A stretch of 20,000 nt of DNA from an uncultured virus (IMG/VR IMGVR_UViG_3300042308_001786) (lineage: Duplodnaviria > Heunggongvirae > Uroviricota > Caudoviricetes): the IMG/VR virus record IMGVR_UViG_3300042308_001786; one strand, given 5' to 3'. Positions 1 to 7,890 of the stretch are shown piece after piece. The first letter of the stretch is position 1, and each line of letters starts with the position of its first letter. The notes beneath the pieces were generated by a model. That model saw nothing but the letters and a program-made list of their open reading frames with translations, was not told where the DNA came from and did not search any database. The translations under genes and the position numbers were made by a program.

Positions 1-2
1 TT

Positions 3-503
3 GGTTATGGCAGTCCCACTCAAATTAACCTTCGTTTTGGTGGCACTTATAACGCTTCTGGCAATATAGTTGAAAGCATCAATAGCTACGGCATTGAAGC
101 TGGGCTTACTGTTGGGCAATCGCTTTCCGCCCCAAACACTAGCAATAATGGCGTCTATTTAATTGTCACTGCTTCTGGTGTGGGCACTGCTCCTGCGCCC
201 ACTGAAAGCCTTTCCATTGGTAACTGGGTGCTGTCGCAGGGCGTGGGTGCATCTTGGACTAAGGTCAATTTGAGCAGCGCAGTGGCTGGTGTTGGCGACC
301 AAGACGTACTAGTTGATGGCAACGCATTATCGCCAGTGGCATCTGGCGTGGCCAGTCAGGAAGATCTTAATGAGCTTGTATGGGCAAGAGTGCAACTTGC
401 CACAGCTAGCACCACTGGCATTGTGAGGGGATCTTCAGAAGTGGTCGTTGCAGCTAGCACTGGCATCATGAGCATTGGCACTGTCGATGATGGTTCGTAC
501 TGA
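3..503 (+). CDS. Tail/tail-fibre-associated structural protein, C-terminal part (5' truncated by window)
   Basis: The frame of ORF 180..503 is open from position 3 (GYGSPTQINLRFGGTYNASG...). G/S/T/A-rich, with a 'ATASTTGIVRG' fibre-like motif and C-terminus ...VDDGSY; lies upstream of the tail fibre. Confidence 0.65.
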   Translation, partial: GYGSPTQINLRFGGTYNASGNIVESINSYGIEAGLTVGQSLSAPNTSNNGVYLIVTASGVGTAPAPTESLSIGNWVLSQGVGASWTKVNLSSAVAGVGDQDVLVDGNALSPVASGVASQEDLNELVWARVQLATASTTGIVRGSSEVVVAASTGIMSIGTVDDGSY

Positions 504-525
504 TCATCATGCAAGGAGAAAGTAA

Positions 526-690
526 ATGCACGACAAATTTGTCTATGCAGGAAAAGAAATTCCTCCTTATGGTGACTACGGTCAAGTGTTGGTAAAAACA
601 AGCAAAGCTTTTTATTACACTGCATGGTCCGACATAGATCATATTATCAACGACACAAATGCTGAAATAGACGAAGGCGAATATACTTAG
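526..690 (+). CDS. Small hypothetical protein (54 aa), tail region
   Basis: Not in the ORF track. MHDKFVYAGKEIPPYGDYGQVLVKTSKAFYYTAWSDIDHIINDTNAEIDEGEYT; AAGGAG at 513-518 precedes the ATG; the 'GQVLVK...Y.T.W' motif is typical of phage fibre proteins. Confidence 0.65.
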   Translation: MHDKFVYAGKEIPPYGDYGQVLVKTSKAFYYTAWSDIDHIINDTNAEIDEGEYT

Positions 691-742
691 CTTTAGAATG
701 AGGCAATGTTAATGCCGCCATTTTGGCTCGGCTTCCATTGCT

Positions 743-3700
743 ATGGCTTCCATTCTTAAGCATCTTCGTTCGTCCACTGCTAATAAGCGCCCTACTGCTT
801 CGGGGCTTGCAGACGGACAAATTGCCATCAATACTGCTTCTGGCACTCCTGCAATGTTCTTTAAGGACAGTGCAGGAAATGTAGTGAAAGTTGGCCCTGC
901 CCATGTGGGAACTAGCGCTCCCAATGCAAGTCCCGCTGGCAGCGCTGGCAATTCAACGGGCGAACTGTGGGTGGATAATAGCCTGACAACGCCTGGTCTT
1001 AATTATTACACTGGCAGCGCTTTTGTTAATCTTACGCCTTCTGGCACAACTAGCACTGTTGGTTTAGTTGAACTTGCTACTAATGCTGAAACGCAAGCTG
1101 GCAGTGACGCAGTGAGGGCCGTCACTTCTGCTGGTTTACAGAGCAAGCTTAGTGATTCAACTAGCACTACAAGCTCTACCACCATCGCTTCTTCTACTGC
1201 AGTGAAGAGCGCTTATGATCTTGCTAATGCTGCACTGCCCAAGTCTGGCGGCACTCTCACTGGAGAGCTTTTAATTAGCCCTAGTGGCAGCCTTGTTTTT
1301 GAAGGAAGTTCGGACGATAGCTTTGAAACAACAATAGCAGTGACTAATCCCACTGCTGATCGCACCATTACTTTCCCCAATGTCACTGGCACTGTAATTA
1401 CCACTGGCGATACTGGTAGTGTTACCAGCACGATGATTGCTAATGATACTATTGTCGATGCGGATATCAATGCAAGTGCTGCGATTGCTCCGAGCAAGCT
1501 TGGTTCTGGAGCATTGCCTAGTGGGGTGACAGTAGCCAGTGCCAACATTGTTGATGGCACCATTGTTAATGCGGATGTAAATGCTAGTGCCGCGATTGCT
1601 GGTACAAAAATTAGCCCTGATTTTGGCGGGCAGAATGTCGTTACTACGGGTAATGTCACTGGAGCAGCGCTGATTCCTTCTAGTAGCACTGTTCCGACAA
1701 ATGGCGTTTATTTGCCATCAGCAAATAACGTAGCCATCTCGACTAATGGCACTGGGCGGTTGTTTGTTGATGCGAGCGGAAGTGTTGGGGTTGGTGTTGG
1801 AAATCCAAATGATAAACTCCACGTTTTAGAATCGAGTGCATCAGCGGCAGCAGCTACTAGTGCTTCAGTTGCACAATTTGAGAGGGCGGGCAATGCCGCG
1901 ATCACTGTTTCTACGGCGGATAGCGGAGCAGCGTCTATTTACTTTGGAGATACAGCTTCATCAACAGTAGGTACTATTCAATACAACCACTCAGATAACT
2001 CACTGTTATTTGGCACAAATAACGCTGAACGCCTCCGCATCACATCGGACGGGAAGCTAGGTCTGGGGACTAGTGCGCCTGGCTCTTTGCTACATACCAC
2101 TGGATCCAGAGACTACACAGGCTCAACCCCTAATTACAGTTCGTACGACGTTAATTTTCAATCAGGAACTGCATCTTTAGCTATTGGTCAGTCCAATGGA
2201 ATACCAACAATTCAAGGACATGGCACAGGTACTTCTTACAACCTAGCTTTATGCCCTAACGCTGGCCGCGTAGGGATTGGCACTACGAGCCCTAGCGAAG
2301 CCCTTGAAGTGGCGGGCAATGCGATTCTGGACGCTACCGATGCAACACTAAAAATTAAAGCAGGTACCACTGGAACCACTGGCGCTCTTAACTTTACCTT
2401 TAACACAGACTCAACTGTTTATGGTGGCGTAGATCTTGCCTACGACACAAGGGCTACCGTTGGCACGCGCTTCTTCTCTGGCTATCCAATAACTATTCAG
2501 TCTGGCGCGTCAACAAACGCAATTATTTTTAAGCAAGGCAGCACTGACGAACGCGCCCGCGTCGACAGCTCCGGCAGGCTGTTAGTTGGCACGTCTACTA
2601 GCCGTACAGCAGATGGTTATGCAAGTGGACTTCAGCTTGAGGGGACTACAAATTATCAATCTGCATCAATAAGCCTTACTCATAACAGGGCCGATACTGG
2701 CGCCCCGGAGTTTAGGTTTTGCAAGTCAAGGGGGACTAGCGCCGGAGCGGTAACACTTGTCAACTCGGGAGATATTTTAGGCAGGCTTTATTTTTATGGT
2801 ACTGATGGCTCAGCAGCAATTCAAGCCGCACGTATTTCCGCCGAAGTAGACGGCACCCCTGGCACTAACGACATGCCGGGCAGGCTTGTCTTTTCGACCA
2901 CCGCCGACGGAGCGAGCAGCCCGACGGAGAGGATGAGGATTACATCAGGAGGAAACGTAGGGATTGGCACTACGAGTCCTGGCTACATCCTTGAAACCGC
3001 AGGAGACATTCGGATCAATCCCCCATCCGGAAACGCTGTATTTCGGTTTGGACGCGCTGGTTCTAACGACTGGGCAATATACAACGATACTTCAGATAAT
3101 CTTGTTTTCTACAGTGATGCTGGTGGTGCAGAACGCGCCCGCATCGACAGCTCAGGCCGCGTAGGAATCGGCACCACGAGTCCTGGAGCAAATTTAGATA
3201 TTGCAGGCGCAACTTTTGCAAACCTTTTTCTTACTGATATTGCCGCGGGTGCTAGTGCGGCTATTTATGGAGATGGAGGATCTATTGATTTAAGGGCTAA
3301 CAACAGCAGTGACAACTCTTTTCTTATTACGTCTGATTCGCACAGATTTCGGGTTTCAGGCAGTGAACGCGCACGCATCGACAGCTCCGGCAGGTTGTTA
3401 ATTGGCACGTCTAGTGCAATCAGCACCAATGGCGTAACTGCAGGCGTTGAACTACACAGCACCGCCACCAACAATGGCGCGTCACTGTCTATAGCAAGAT
3501 TTAATACCGATGCAACCGCAGGTCAGTTAATACTGGCCAAGAGCAGAAACGCGACAGTCGCCGCTGGAACGATTGTTCAAAATGGTGATGAGTTGGGGCA
3601 ATTGGTTTTCAATGGTGATGATGGCACGGATCTTGCTACTCCGGCAGCTCGTATTCAGTGTTTTGTAGACGGCACCCCCGGCCTCAACGACATGCCGGGC

Positions 3701-4105
3701 AGGCTTGTGCTGTCGGTCACCTTGGACGGTGCCTCCTCGCCCACCGAAGCTCTCCGCATCACCAACGACCGGGTGATTGCCTACAACCAGCCCGATGTCA
3801 CCAGTAAGAGCGCCGCCGCAACCCTGACGGTGGCTGAGCTGAAAACTGGCATCATTCAGTACACCGGTGCTGCTGCCACACTCACCCTCCCCACCGGAAC
3901 CCTTACCGAGGGTGGCTTCAACGGCATCTACACCAACATGACCTTTGAATGGTCTGTGATCAATACGGGCTCCGGCACCTGCACCATCGGTGCGGGCACT
4001 GGTCACACCATTGTTGGCAGCACCACTGTTGCGGCTGGCGCATCTGGTCGCTTTGCCTCACGGCGTACAGCAGCGAATACGTTCGTGACCTATCGCTTGA
4101 GTTAG
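743..4105 (+). CDS. Modular tail fibre / receptor-binding protein (1120 aa)
   Basis: N-terminal MASILKHLRSSTANKRP...GQIAIN; fibre repeat GLVELATNAETQAG...ASSTAVKSAYDLA; several ER[AML]RI[DT]SxGxVGIGTTSP repeats; two VDGTPGxNDMPGRLV modules; G/S/T/A-rich. Confidence 0.85.
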   Translation: MASILKHLRSSTANKRPTASGLADGQIAINTASGTPAMFFKDSAGNVVKVGPAHVGTSAPNASPAGSAGNSTGELWVDNSLTTPGLNYYTGSAFVNLTPSGTTSTVGLVELATNAETQAGSDAVRAVTSAGLQSKLSDSTSTTSSTTIASSTAVKSAYDLANAALPKSGGTLTGELLISPSGSLVFEGSSDDSFETTIAVTNPTADRTITFPNVTGTVITTGDTGSVTSTMIANDTIVDADINASAAIAPSKLGSGALPSGVTVASANIVDGTIVNADVNASAAIAGTKISPDFGGQNVVTTGNVTGAALIPSSSTVPTNGVYLPSANNVAISTNGTGRLFVDASGSVGVGVGNPNDKLHVLESSASAAAATSASVAQFERAGNAAITVSTADSGAASIYFGDTASSTVGTIQYNHSDNSLLFGTNNAERLRITSDGKLGLGTSAPGSLLHTTGSRDYTGSTPNYSSYDVNFQSGTASLAIGQSNGIPTIQGHGTGTSYNLALCPNAGRVGIGTTSPSEALEVAGNAILDATDATLKIKAGTTGTTGALNFTFNTDSTVYGGVDLAYDTRATVGTRFFSGYPITIQSGASTNAIIFKQGSTDERARVDSSGRLLVGTSTSRTADGYASGLQLEGTTNYQSASISLTHNRADTGAPEFRFCKSRGTSAGAVTLVNSGDILGRLYFYGTDGSAAIQAARISAEVDGTPGTNDMPGRLVFSTTADGASSPTERMRITSGGNVGIGTTSPGYILETAGDIRINPPSGNAVFRFGRAGSNDWAIYNDTSDNLVFYSDAGGAERARIDSSGRVGIGTTSPGANLDIAGATFANLFLTDIAAGASAAIYGDGGSIDLRANNSSDNSFLITSDSHRFRVSGSERARIDSSGRLLIGTSSAISTNGVTAGVELHSTATNNGASLSIARFNTDATAGQLILAKSRNATVAAGTIVQNGDELGQLVFNGDDGTDLATPAARIQCFVDGTPGLNDMPGRLVLSVTLDGASSPTEALRITNDRVIAYNQPDVTSKSAAATLTVAELKTGIIQYTGAAATLTLPTGTLTEGGFNGIYTNMTFEWSVINTGSGTCTIGAGTGHTIVGSTTVAAGASGRFASRRTAANTFVTYRLS
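2269..2976 (+). repeat. Identical 21-bp repeat pair within tail fibre (2269-2289, 2956-2976)
   Basis: CGTAGGGATTGGCACTACGAG occurs at both sites (VGIGTT linker). Confidence 0.85.
2549..3413 (+). repeat. 49-bp near-identical repeat pair (2549-2597, 3365-3413; partial third copy 3131-3153)
   Basis: GAACGCGCmCGCrTCGACAGCTCCGGCAGGyTGTTArTTGGCACGTCTA, 45/49 identical by manual alignment. Confidence 0.85.
2846..3708 (+). repeat. 44-bp near-identical repeat pair (2846-2889, 3665-3708)
   Basis: GTAGACGGCACCCCyGGCnnnAACGACATGCCGGGCAGGCTTGT, 40/44 identical. Confidence 0.85.
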
Positions 4106-4128
4106 TAGTTTTACTCACTAAAAAAAAC

Positions 4129-4161
4129 AAGGGGCGGCATTCCACCGTCCCTTTTCTTTTT
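4129..4161 (+). terminator. Intrinsic terminator after tail fibre (possibly bidirectional)
   Basis: Stem-loop AAGGGGCGG-cattcca-CCGTCCCTT followed by TTCTTTTT, with an A-tract upstream. Confidence 0.75.
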
Positions 4162-4196
4162 CATCGCTTAAACTAACTAAGACTAATTGATTGATC

Positions 4197-4511
4197 ATGG
4201 CCACTGAATTCACTTGGAACATCGCTCAGATGGAGCGAGCCCTTTCTGACGGAATCGTCATGACTGTTCACTACACCATTGAAGCTTTTGATGGCGCTTA
4301 TCGTTCGTCTGCATATGGCAGTCTCGGGCTTGAAGCTCCCGATGAAGATGAAATGATTCCCTACGCGGATCTTACGCCTGAAATTGTCATTGATTGGCTG
4401 AAGGAAAAATTTGGCGAGGAGAAGGTGCAAGAAATTTGCGACGCTCTCCAGGCTCAAATTGATCAGCAGAAAACTCCCACCACTGGCACTGGTCTGCCTT
4501 GGGCTAGCTAA
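4197..4511 (+). CDS. Conserved small phage protein downstream of tail fibre (probable fibre-associated/assembly protein)
   Basis: MATEFTWNIAQMER...VHY...YGSLGLE...IPYADLT...W...GLPW, a family commonly seen next to these fibres; ATG at 4197. Confidence 0.7.
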   Translation: MATEFTWNIAQMERALSDGIVMTVHYTIEAFDGAYRSSAYGSLGLEAPDEDEMIPYADLTPEIVIDWLKEKFGEEKVQEICDALQAQIDQQKTPTTGTGLPWAS

Positions 4512-4534
4512 GCTTTTATTTTCATCGTCCTTCC

Positions 4535-4672
4535 ATGGCGGCAAAATCAAAGATTGGCATCAGTGGACAAAAGCTGTTTACGCCTGGCAAACCTAAAAAA
4601 TCTGCCCAGGGACAAGGTAAAAACAGCAAACCGAGTCATGGACGCAAGAAAATGCGCGGACAAGGTAAATAA
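4535..4672 (+). CDS. Small Lys/Gly-rich basic protein (45 aa)
   Basis: Not in the ORF track. MAAKSKIGISGQKLFTPGKPKKSAQGQGKNSKPSHGRKKMRGQGK; followed directly by a terminator; resembles small basic cyanophage proteins ending in RGQG. Confidence 0.7.
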   Translation: MAAKSKIGISGQKLFTPGKPKKSAQGQGKNSKPSHGRKKMRGQGK

Positions 4673-4674
4673 GC

Positions 4675-4701
4675 GAAGGGGCCGAAAGGCCCTTTCTTTT
4701 T
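4675..4701 (+). terminator. Intrinsic terminator
   Basis: Stem GAAGGGGCC-GAAA-GGCCCTTTC with GNRA loop, then TTTTT. Confidence 0.85.
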
Positions 4702-4732
4702 GCTCCTACAATAAAAGAAAGGCAGAATTGTC

Positions 4733-5956
4733 ATGGGACAAATTATTGCAGGTGGCGAACAGTTTGAAACTCATATTGAAGCCGACTATCGTGGAAAGAT
4801 TTTACAAAAAGGACCAGATAGTGGGGCTGTAGATGCTTTTGGAAGACAGCGTACCAGTGCTCCTTATACGCTTTTTGATAGCACAATGCGCTATGACAAG
4901 CGTCCTGATCAATGGTTTGACAGTATTGTTGGTAGCGGCACTTCTACATTTTTGACGCATCAAAGCAGTGTTGCGATGAGTGCCACCACTGCATCGGGAG
5001 ATACTGTTCTTCGTCGCACTAAGCAGAACTTTCCTTACCAAGCAGGCAAAAGCATGATGCTTTTGCAAAGCTTTGTAGGAGCTCCGCTTGCTTCTGGCCT
5101 CATTCAGGAAGTGGGAATTTTCAACGACCAGAATGGCGTGATGCTACGCGCCAGTGGTACCACGGTGCAGTTTGTCATTAGAAGCTACGCTTCTGGCACT
5201 ATCAATGAAAATGCAGTAAATCAAAGCGATTGGAATATTAATACGCTCTCTTCTCTTGATTTTTCAAAAGCACAAATCTTTACTGCTGATCTGGAATGGC
5301 TTGGCGTGGGGCGTGTTCGGTGTGGTTTTGTTATTGATGGAGAAATAGTGTATTGCCATGAGTTTGAACATTTCAATGCATTGGACAGCGTTTATATGAC
5401 AACAGCTATTTTGCCATTGTCATATCGCATTCATAATGCAACGGCTCAAGCTTCTTCTGCAACGATGAAGCACGTGTGTTGCAGCCTTTTAAGCGAAGGC
5501 GGCTACGAGCCAGATGGCGCCATTTATTCAGTTGGGCACGATCTTTCAACTGTATCTAATGCTTCTGGAGAGCGCATTACTGCTGGTATTCGCATGGCTA
5601 GTGGTCGCACTGGCAATGTCATCCTTCCCGTGAGAATTTCTACTACTACTGCGTCTAGCGATGTGGTGTTATGGAGATTACGGCTGAATCCTACGCTTTC
5701 TGGCGTAACTTGGAGCGCTGCCAACAATGGCAGGGGAAATGTGGAAGTGACGACCAGTGGCACTGCTTCTGGAGGCACCGTGATTGACTCAGGCTTTGTC
5801 AGCCAAGGCAGTGCTAATAACTATGCAGTGGCAGAAGCTATTCGCTTAGCGCTAGGGCAAAACGCCTCTGGCGTTAGCGACACTTTGATTCTTACTGTGG
5901 ACAGCAGCTTAAGCGCCAAGGCTTTAGGCATGATTGGCTGGGTGGAAGTAGTTTGA
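4733..5956 (+). CDS. Conserved hypothetical phage protein (407 aa), probably virion-associated
   Basis: Long ORF that looks beta-rich, with DAFGRQRTS..TLFDS, YQAGKS and EWLGVGRVRCGF motifs; no function recognised. Confidence 0.7.
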   Translation: MGQIIAGGEQFETHIEADYRGKILQKGPDSGAVDAFGRQRTSAPYTLFDSTMRYDKRPDQWFDSIVGSGTSTFLTHQSSVAMSATTASGDTVLRRTKQNFPYQAGKSMMLLQSFVGAPLASGLIQEVGIFNDQNGVMLRASGTTVQFVIRSYASGTINENAVNQSDWNINTLSSLDFSKAQIFTADLEWLGVGRVRCGFVIDGEIVYCHEFEHFNALDSVYMTTAILPLSYRIHNATAQASSATMKHVCCSLLSEGGYEPDGAIYSVGHDLSTVSNASGERITAGIRMASGRTGNVILPVRISTTTASSDVVLWRLRLNPTLSGVTWSAANNGRGNVEVTTSGTASGGTVIDSGFVSQGSANNYAVAEAIRLALGQNASGVSDTLILTVDSSLSAKALGMIGWVEVV

Positions 5957-5989
5957 CCAGTTAAACTAAGGAGTCTTGCCTTTCCTTCA

Positions 5990-6199
5990 ATGGATGCTTT
6001 TAAGGACCAGTGGTATAAACAGCAAGTAGATCACATCTCTGACGCTCTTCAAGAGCTTCTCACTGATGATGATCCTTCTATTGCCGCCAAGGGGCTAAGC
6101 GATGCCATTGCTAGCTGGGAAGATTATCACGAGAAGGAGCTAGCTAAATGGAAGCGCCTTAGGGCGCTTCTAAACTGGAAAGAGAGCGGTTTTCTTTAA
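5990..6199 (+). CDS. Hypothetical protein (69 aa)
   Basis: Helical acidic ORF filling the gap; TAAACT and AAGGAG upstream. Confidence 0.65.
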   Translation: MDAFKDQWYKQQVDHISDALQELLTDDDPSIAAKGLSDAIASWEDYHEKELAKWKRLRALLNWKESGFL

Positions 6200-6228
6200 A
6201 GGTCTTCATTTTCTCTTTGAGCATCGTC

Positions 6229-6291
6229 TAAGATAAAAGGGCAGCGGAACTGCAATTCCCTGCCCACGGATACCTAAAGGAGGTAGGCATC
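6229..6291 (+). promoter_or_regulatory. Putative -10 box plus structured leader of NUMOD4-HNH gene 1
   Basis: TAAGAT (6229-6234); hairpin GGGCAGcGGAA-CTGCAA-TTCCCTGCCC (6239-6265); second hairpin involving the AAGGAGG SD. Confidence 0.55.
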
Positions 6292-6855
6292 ATGTCCATG
6301 ATAGAAGAATGGCGCCCCATCGTTGGTTACGAGGGGCTTTACGAGGTGAGCAGCTTCGGTCGGGTCAGGAGCCTTGACCGAGCTTCGCGAGACAAGAATG
6401 GTCTACTCAAAAGGTTTAAAGGCAAAATCCTGTCTATTTGTATCAGAAAGAACAAGTATGGACAATACGCGATGGTTGGATTACCATTAAAGGATGGTAG
6501 TAAAAATAATACGCGATATGTAGCGCATTTAGTGCTCGAAGCTTTTGGCTGTCTCCGCCCCAGCGGAATGGAGTGTTGTCATTGTGACGGTAATTCGCTC
6601 AATAATCGAATTGATAATTTGCGCTGGGATACGCCCAAGGAAAATACAAAAGACAAATATAGGCACGGCACCGTTTTGTGGGGCTCAAAGAACCACCAAG
6701 CTCGGCTCACGGAGAAGCAAGTACTAGAAATACGAGCTAAATATATTCGCTACTCAAAAACTAAATCAAATAGCAGGCAGTTGGCAGATGAATACGGGGT
6801 TGACATACAGACTATAGGGAAAATTATTAGGCGAGAACGTTGGAAGCATATTTAA
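6292..6855 (+). CDS. NUMOD4-HNH homing endonuclease with C-terminal HTH
   Basis: EEWRPIVGYEGLYEVSSFGRVRS (NUMOD4); HLVLEAF...CCHCDGNSLNNRIDNLRWDTPKEN (HNH); RQLADEYGVDIQTIGKII (HTH). Confidence 0.9.
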   Translation: MSMIEEWRPIVGYEGLYEVSSFGRVRSLDRASRDKNGLLKRFKGKILSICIRKNKYGQYAMVGLPLKDGSKNNTRYVAHLVLEAFGCLRPSGMECCHCDGNSLNNRIDNLRWDTPKENTKDKYRHGTVLWGSKNHQARLTEKQVLEIRAKYIRYSKTKSNSRQLADEYGVDIQTIGKIIRRERWKHI

Positions 6856-7790
6856 CCTTCTTGGAAAACGCTAATAAAGACAGCTCCCTTGTCTGTTAGT
6901 GGCAAAATTTTATCGCGCAAATCAATATTACGAGCACGACAACAACCCATTGTTGGCATTAGTTTTTGATTTGGAGCCCACGCGCCTGGCCACCCAAGTG
7001 CACTAGATCCGCCATGAAGCATGATCCCTGCACGCCCATTATCCCTTTCTTGCCCCTCTAGATCAATCATGTCAAAACTGTACCAGCCATAAGCCATAAG
7101 CGTACGATCATAGGCAGGTTTGTCGCCTACTCTGTCATAATCTCGATAAATCGTGCCTAGCTTGTACAGACCTGGAGGACAATCACTGTTTTGGATGCGC
7201 CATTCAAAGTCACTATATTGCCCACGAGCAAGGCAAGGGATTTCCCACAATAGTTTTCCTTCATAGGAAAAAGCTTTCATGGTTTCCACTGCATCGTTCA
7301 CAACCAAATGCGAATCGCCAGGTTTAAAGCCAAAGTCTTGAGGACGCTTCTTGGGGCCAATCATAGTAAATTGCGTGGTTTCTGGGGCATATTCTTTCAT
7401 GAGTTTAGAAAGCTTTGCAGGATAATCGGGATCCGTTGCATAGCTTTGTTCCTTGAGCATGCGTGCTGCCGCATAGCGATTAGGCGCATTGTTCACGCCC
7501 TTAAATTGACGATAATCTTTGTACCAGCGGGTTACAAGATATTCAATGCAAGCAGCAAGGCTAGGGAAATCAATAAACCCTGCCTTAATTGTCACCCATT
7601 GACCGTCGTACCATTCTTGCGTGGTAGTAGTGGTGCCACTCCCCTTTAGGCCGAACGCATTCCATTGCCCAGAAAAATGCTTGCCAAAGCCACTCTCAAG
7701 CGCCCATTGGGCTGCCACTAGTTCAGGGAATCTGGCTCCGACTCTCTTGGCATGATCTTGAACTCCTTTCCATGTGTTGGGGATTTCCAT
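6852..7790 (-). CDS. Endolysin: GH73/FlgJ-like glucosaminidase plus C-terminal YkuD/L,D-transpeptidase-like domain
   Basis: AQWALESGFG, NAFGLKG and YATDPDY (GH73 motifs); GIMLHGG...PTMGCCR (His...GC motif of the YkuD family). Confidence 0.8.
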   Translation of the reverse strand: MEIPNTWKGVQDHAKRVGARFPELVAAQWALESGFGKHFSGQWNAFGLKGSGTTTTTQEWYDGQWVTIKAGFIDFPSLAACIEYLVTRWYKDYRQFKGVNNAPNRYAAARMLKEQSYATDPDYPAKLSKLMKEYAPETTQFTMIGPKKRPQDFGFKPGDSHLVVNDAVETMKAFSYEGKLLWEIPCLARGQYSDFEWRIQNSDCPPGLYKLGTIYRDYDRVGDKPAYDRTLMAYGWYSFDMIDLEGQERDNGRAGIMLHGGSSALGWPGAWAPNQKLMPTMGCCRARNIDLRDKILPLTDKGAVFISVFQEG

Positions 7791-7819
7791 GGCTAGATCC
7801 TCTATTCATAAAGTCTAGC

Positions 7820-7890
7820 TGTTATGATTTTTGTGGGTCCGCGTGATTGCAGTCACCGAACCCGTGGATCACTCGCCTAATCGAGCAACC
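7820..7890 (+). promoter_or_regulatory. Putative extended -10 promoter plus structured leader of NUMOD4-HNH gene 2
   Basis: TGtTATGAT (7820-7828); hairpin GGGTcCGcGTGA-TTGCAG-TCACCGaACCC (7835-7863); then CTCG-cctaat-CGAG. Confidence 0.55.

Noticed and set aside
2269..3708. CRISPR-like repeat-spacer array
   Set aside because: Several different repeat types, irregular spacing of hundreds of bp, all inside a coding frame; the Cas4-like nuclease fits a standalone phage exonuclease.
743..4105. Diversity-generating retroelement or invertase shufflon acting on the tail fibre
   Set aside because: No reverse transcriptase or invertase in the window; repeats are direct, in frame and short, and mismatches are not restricted to adenine positions of one template copy.
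4554..4832. 92-aa ORF spanning the terminator
   Set aside because: It crosses a clear terminator and overlaps two better-supported genes (4535-4672 and 4733-5956).
6239..6265. tRNA-Cys (CTGCAA resembles a GCA anticodon loop)
   Set aside because: No acceptor stem, D arm or TTCGA T-loop; only a hairpin.
7831..7890. N-terminal extension of HNH gene 2 given by the ORF track
   Set aside because: It overlaps the leader hairpin, and paralogue alignment puts the start at ATG 7891.
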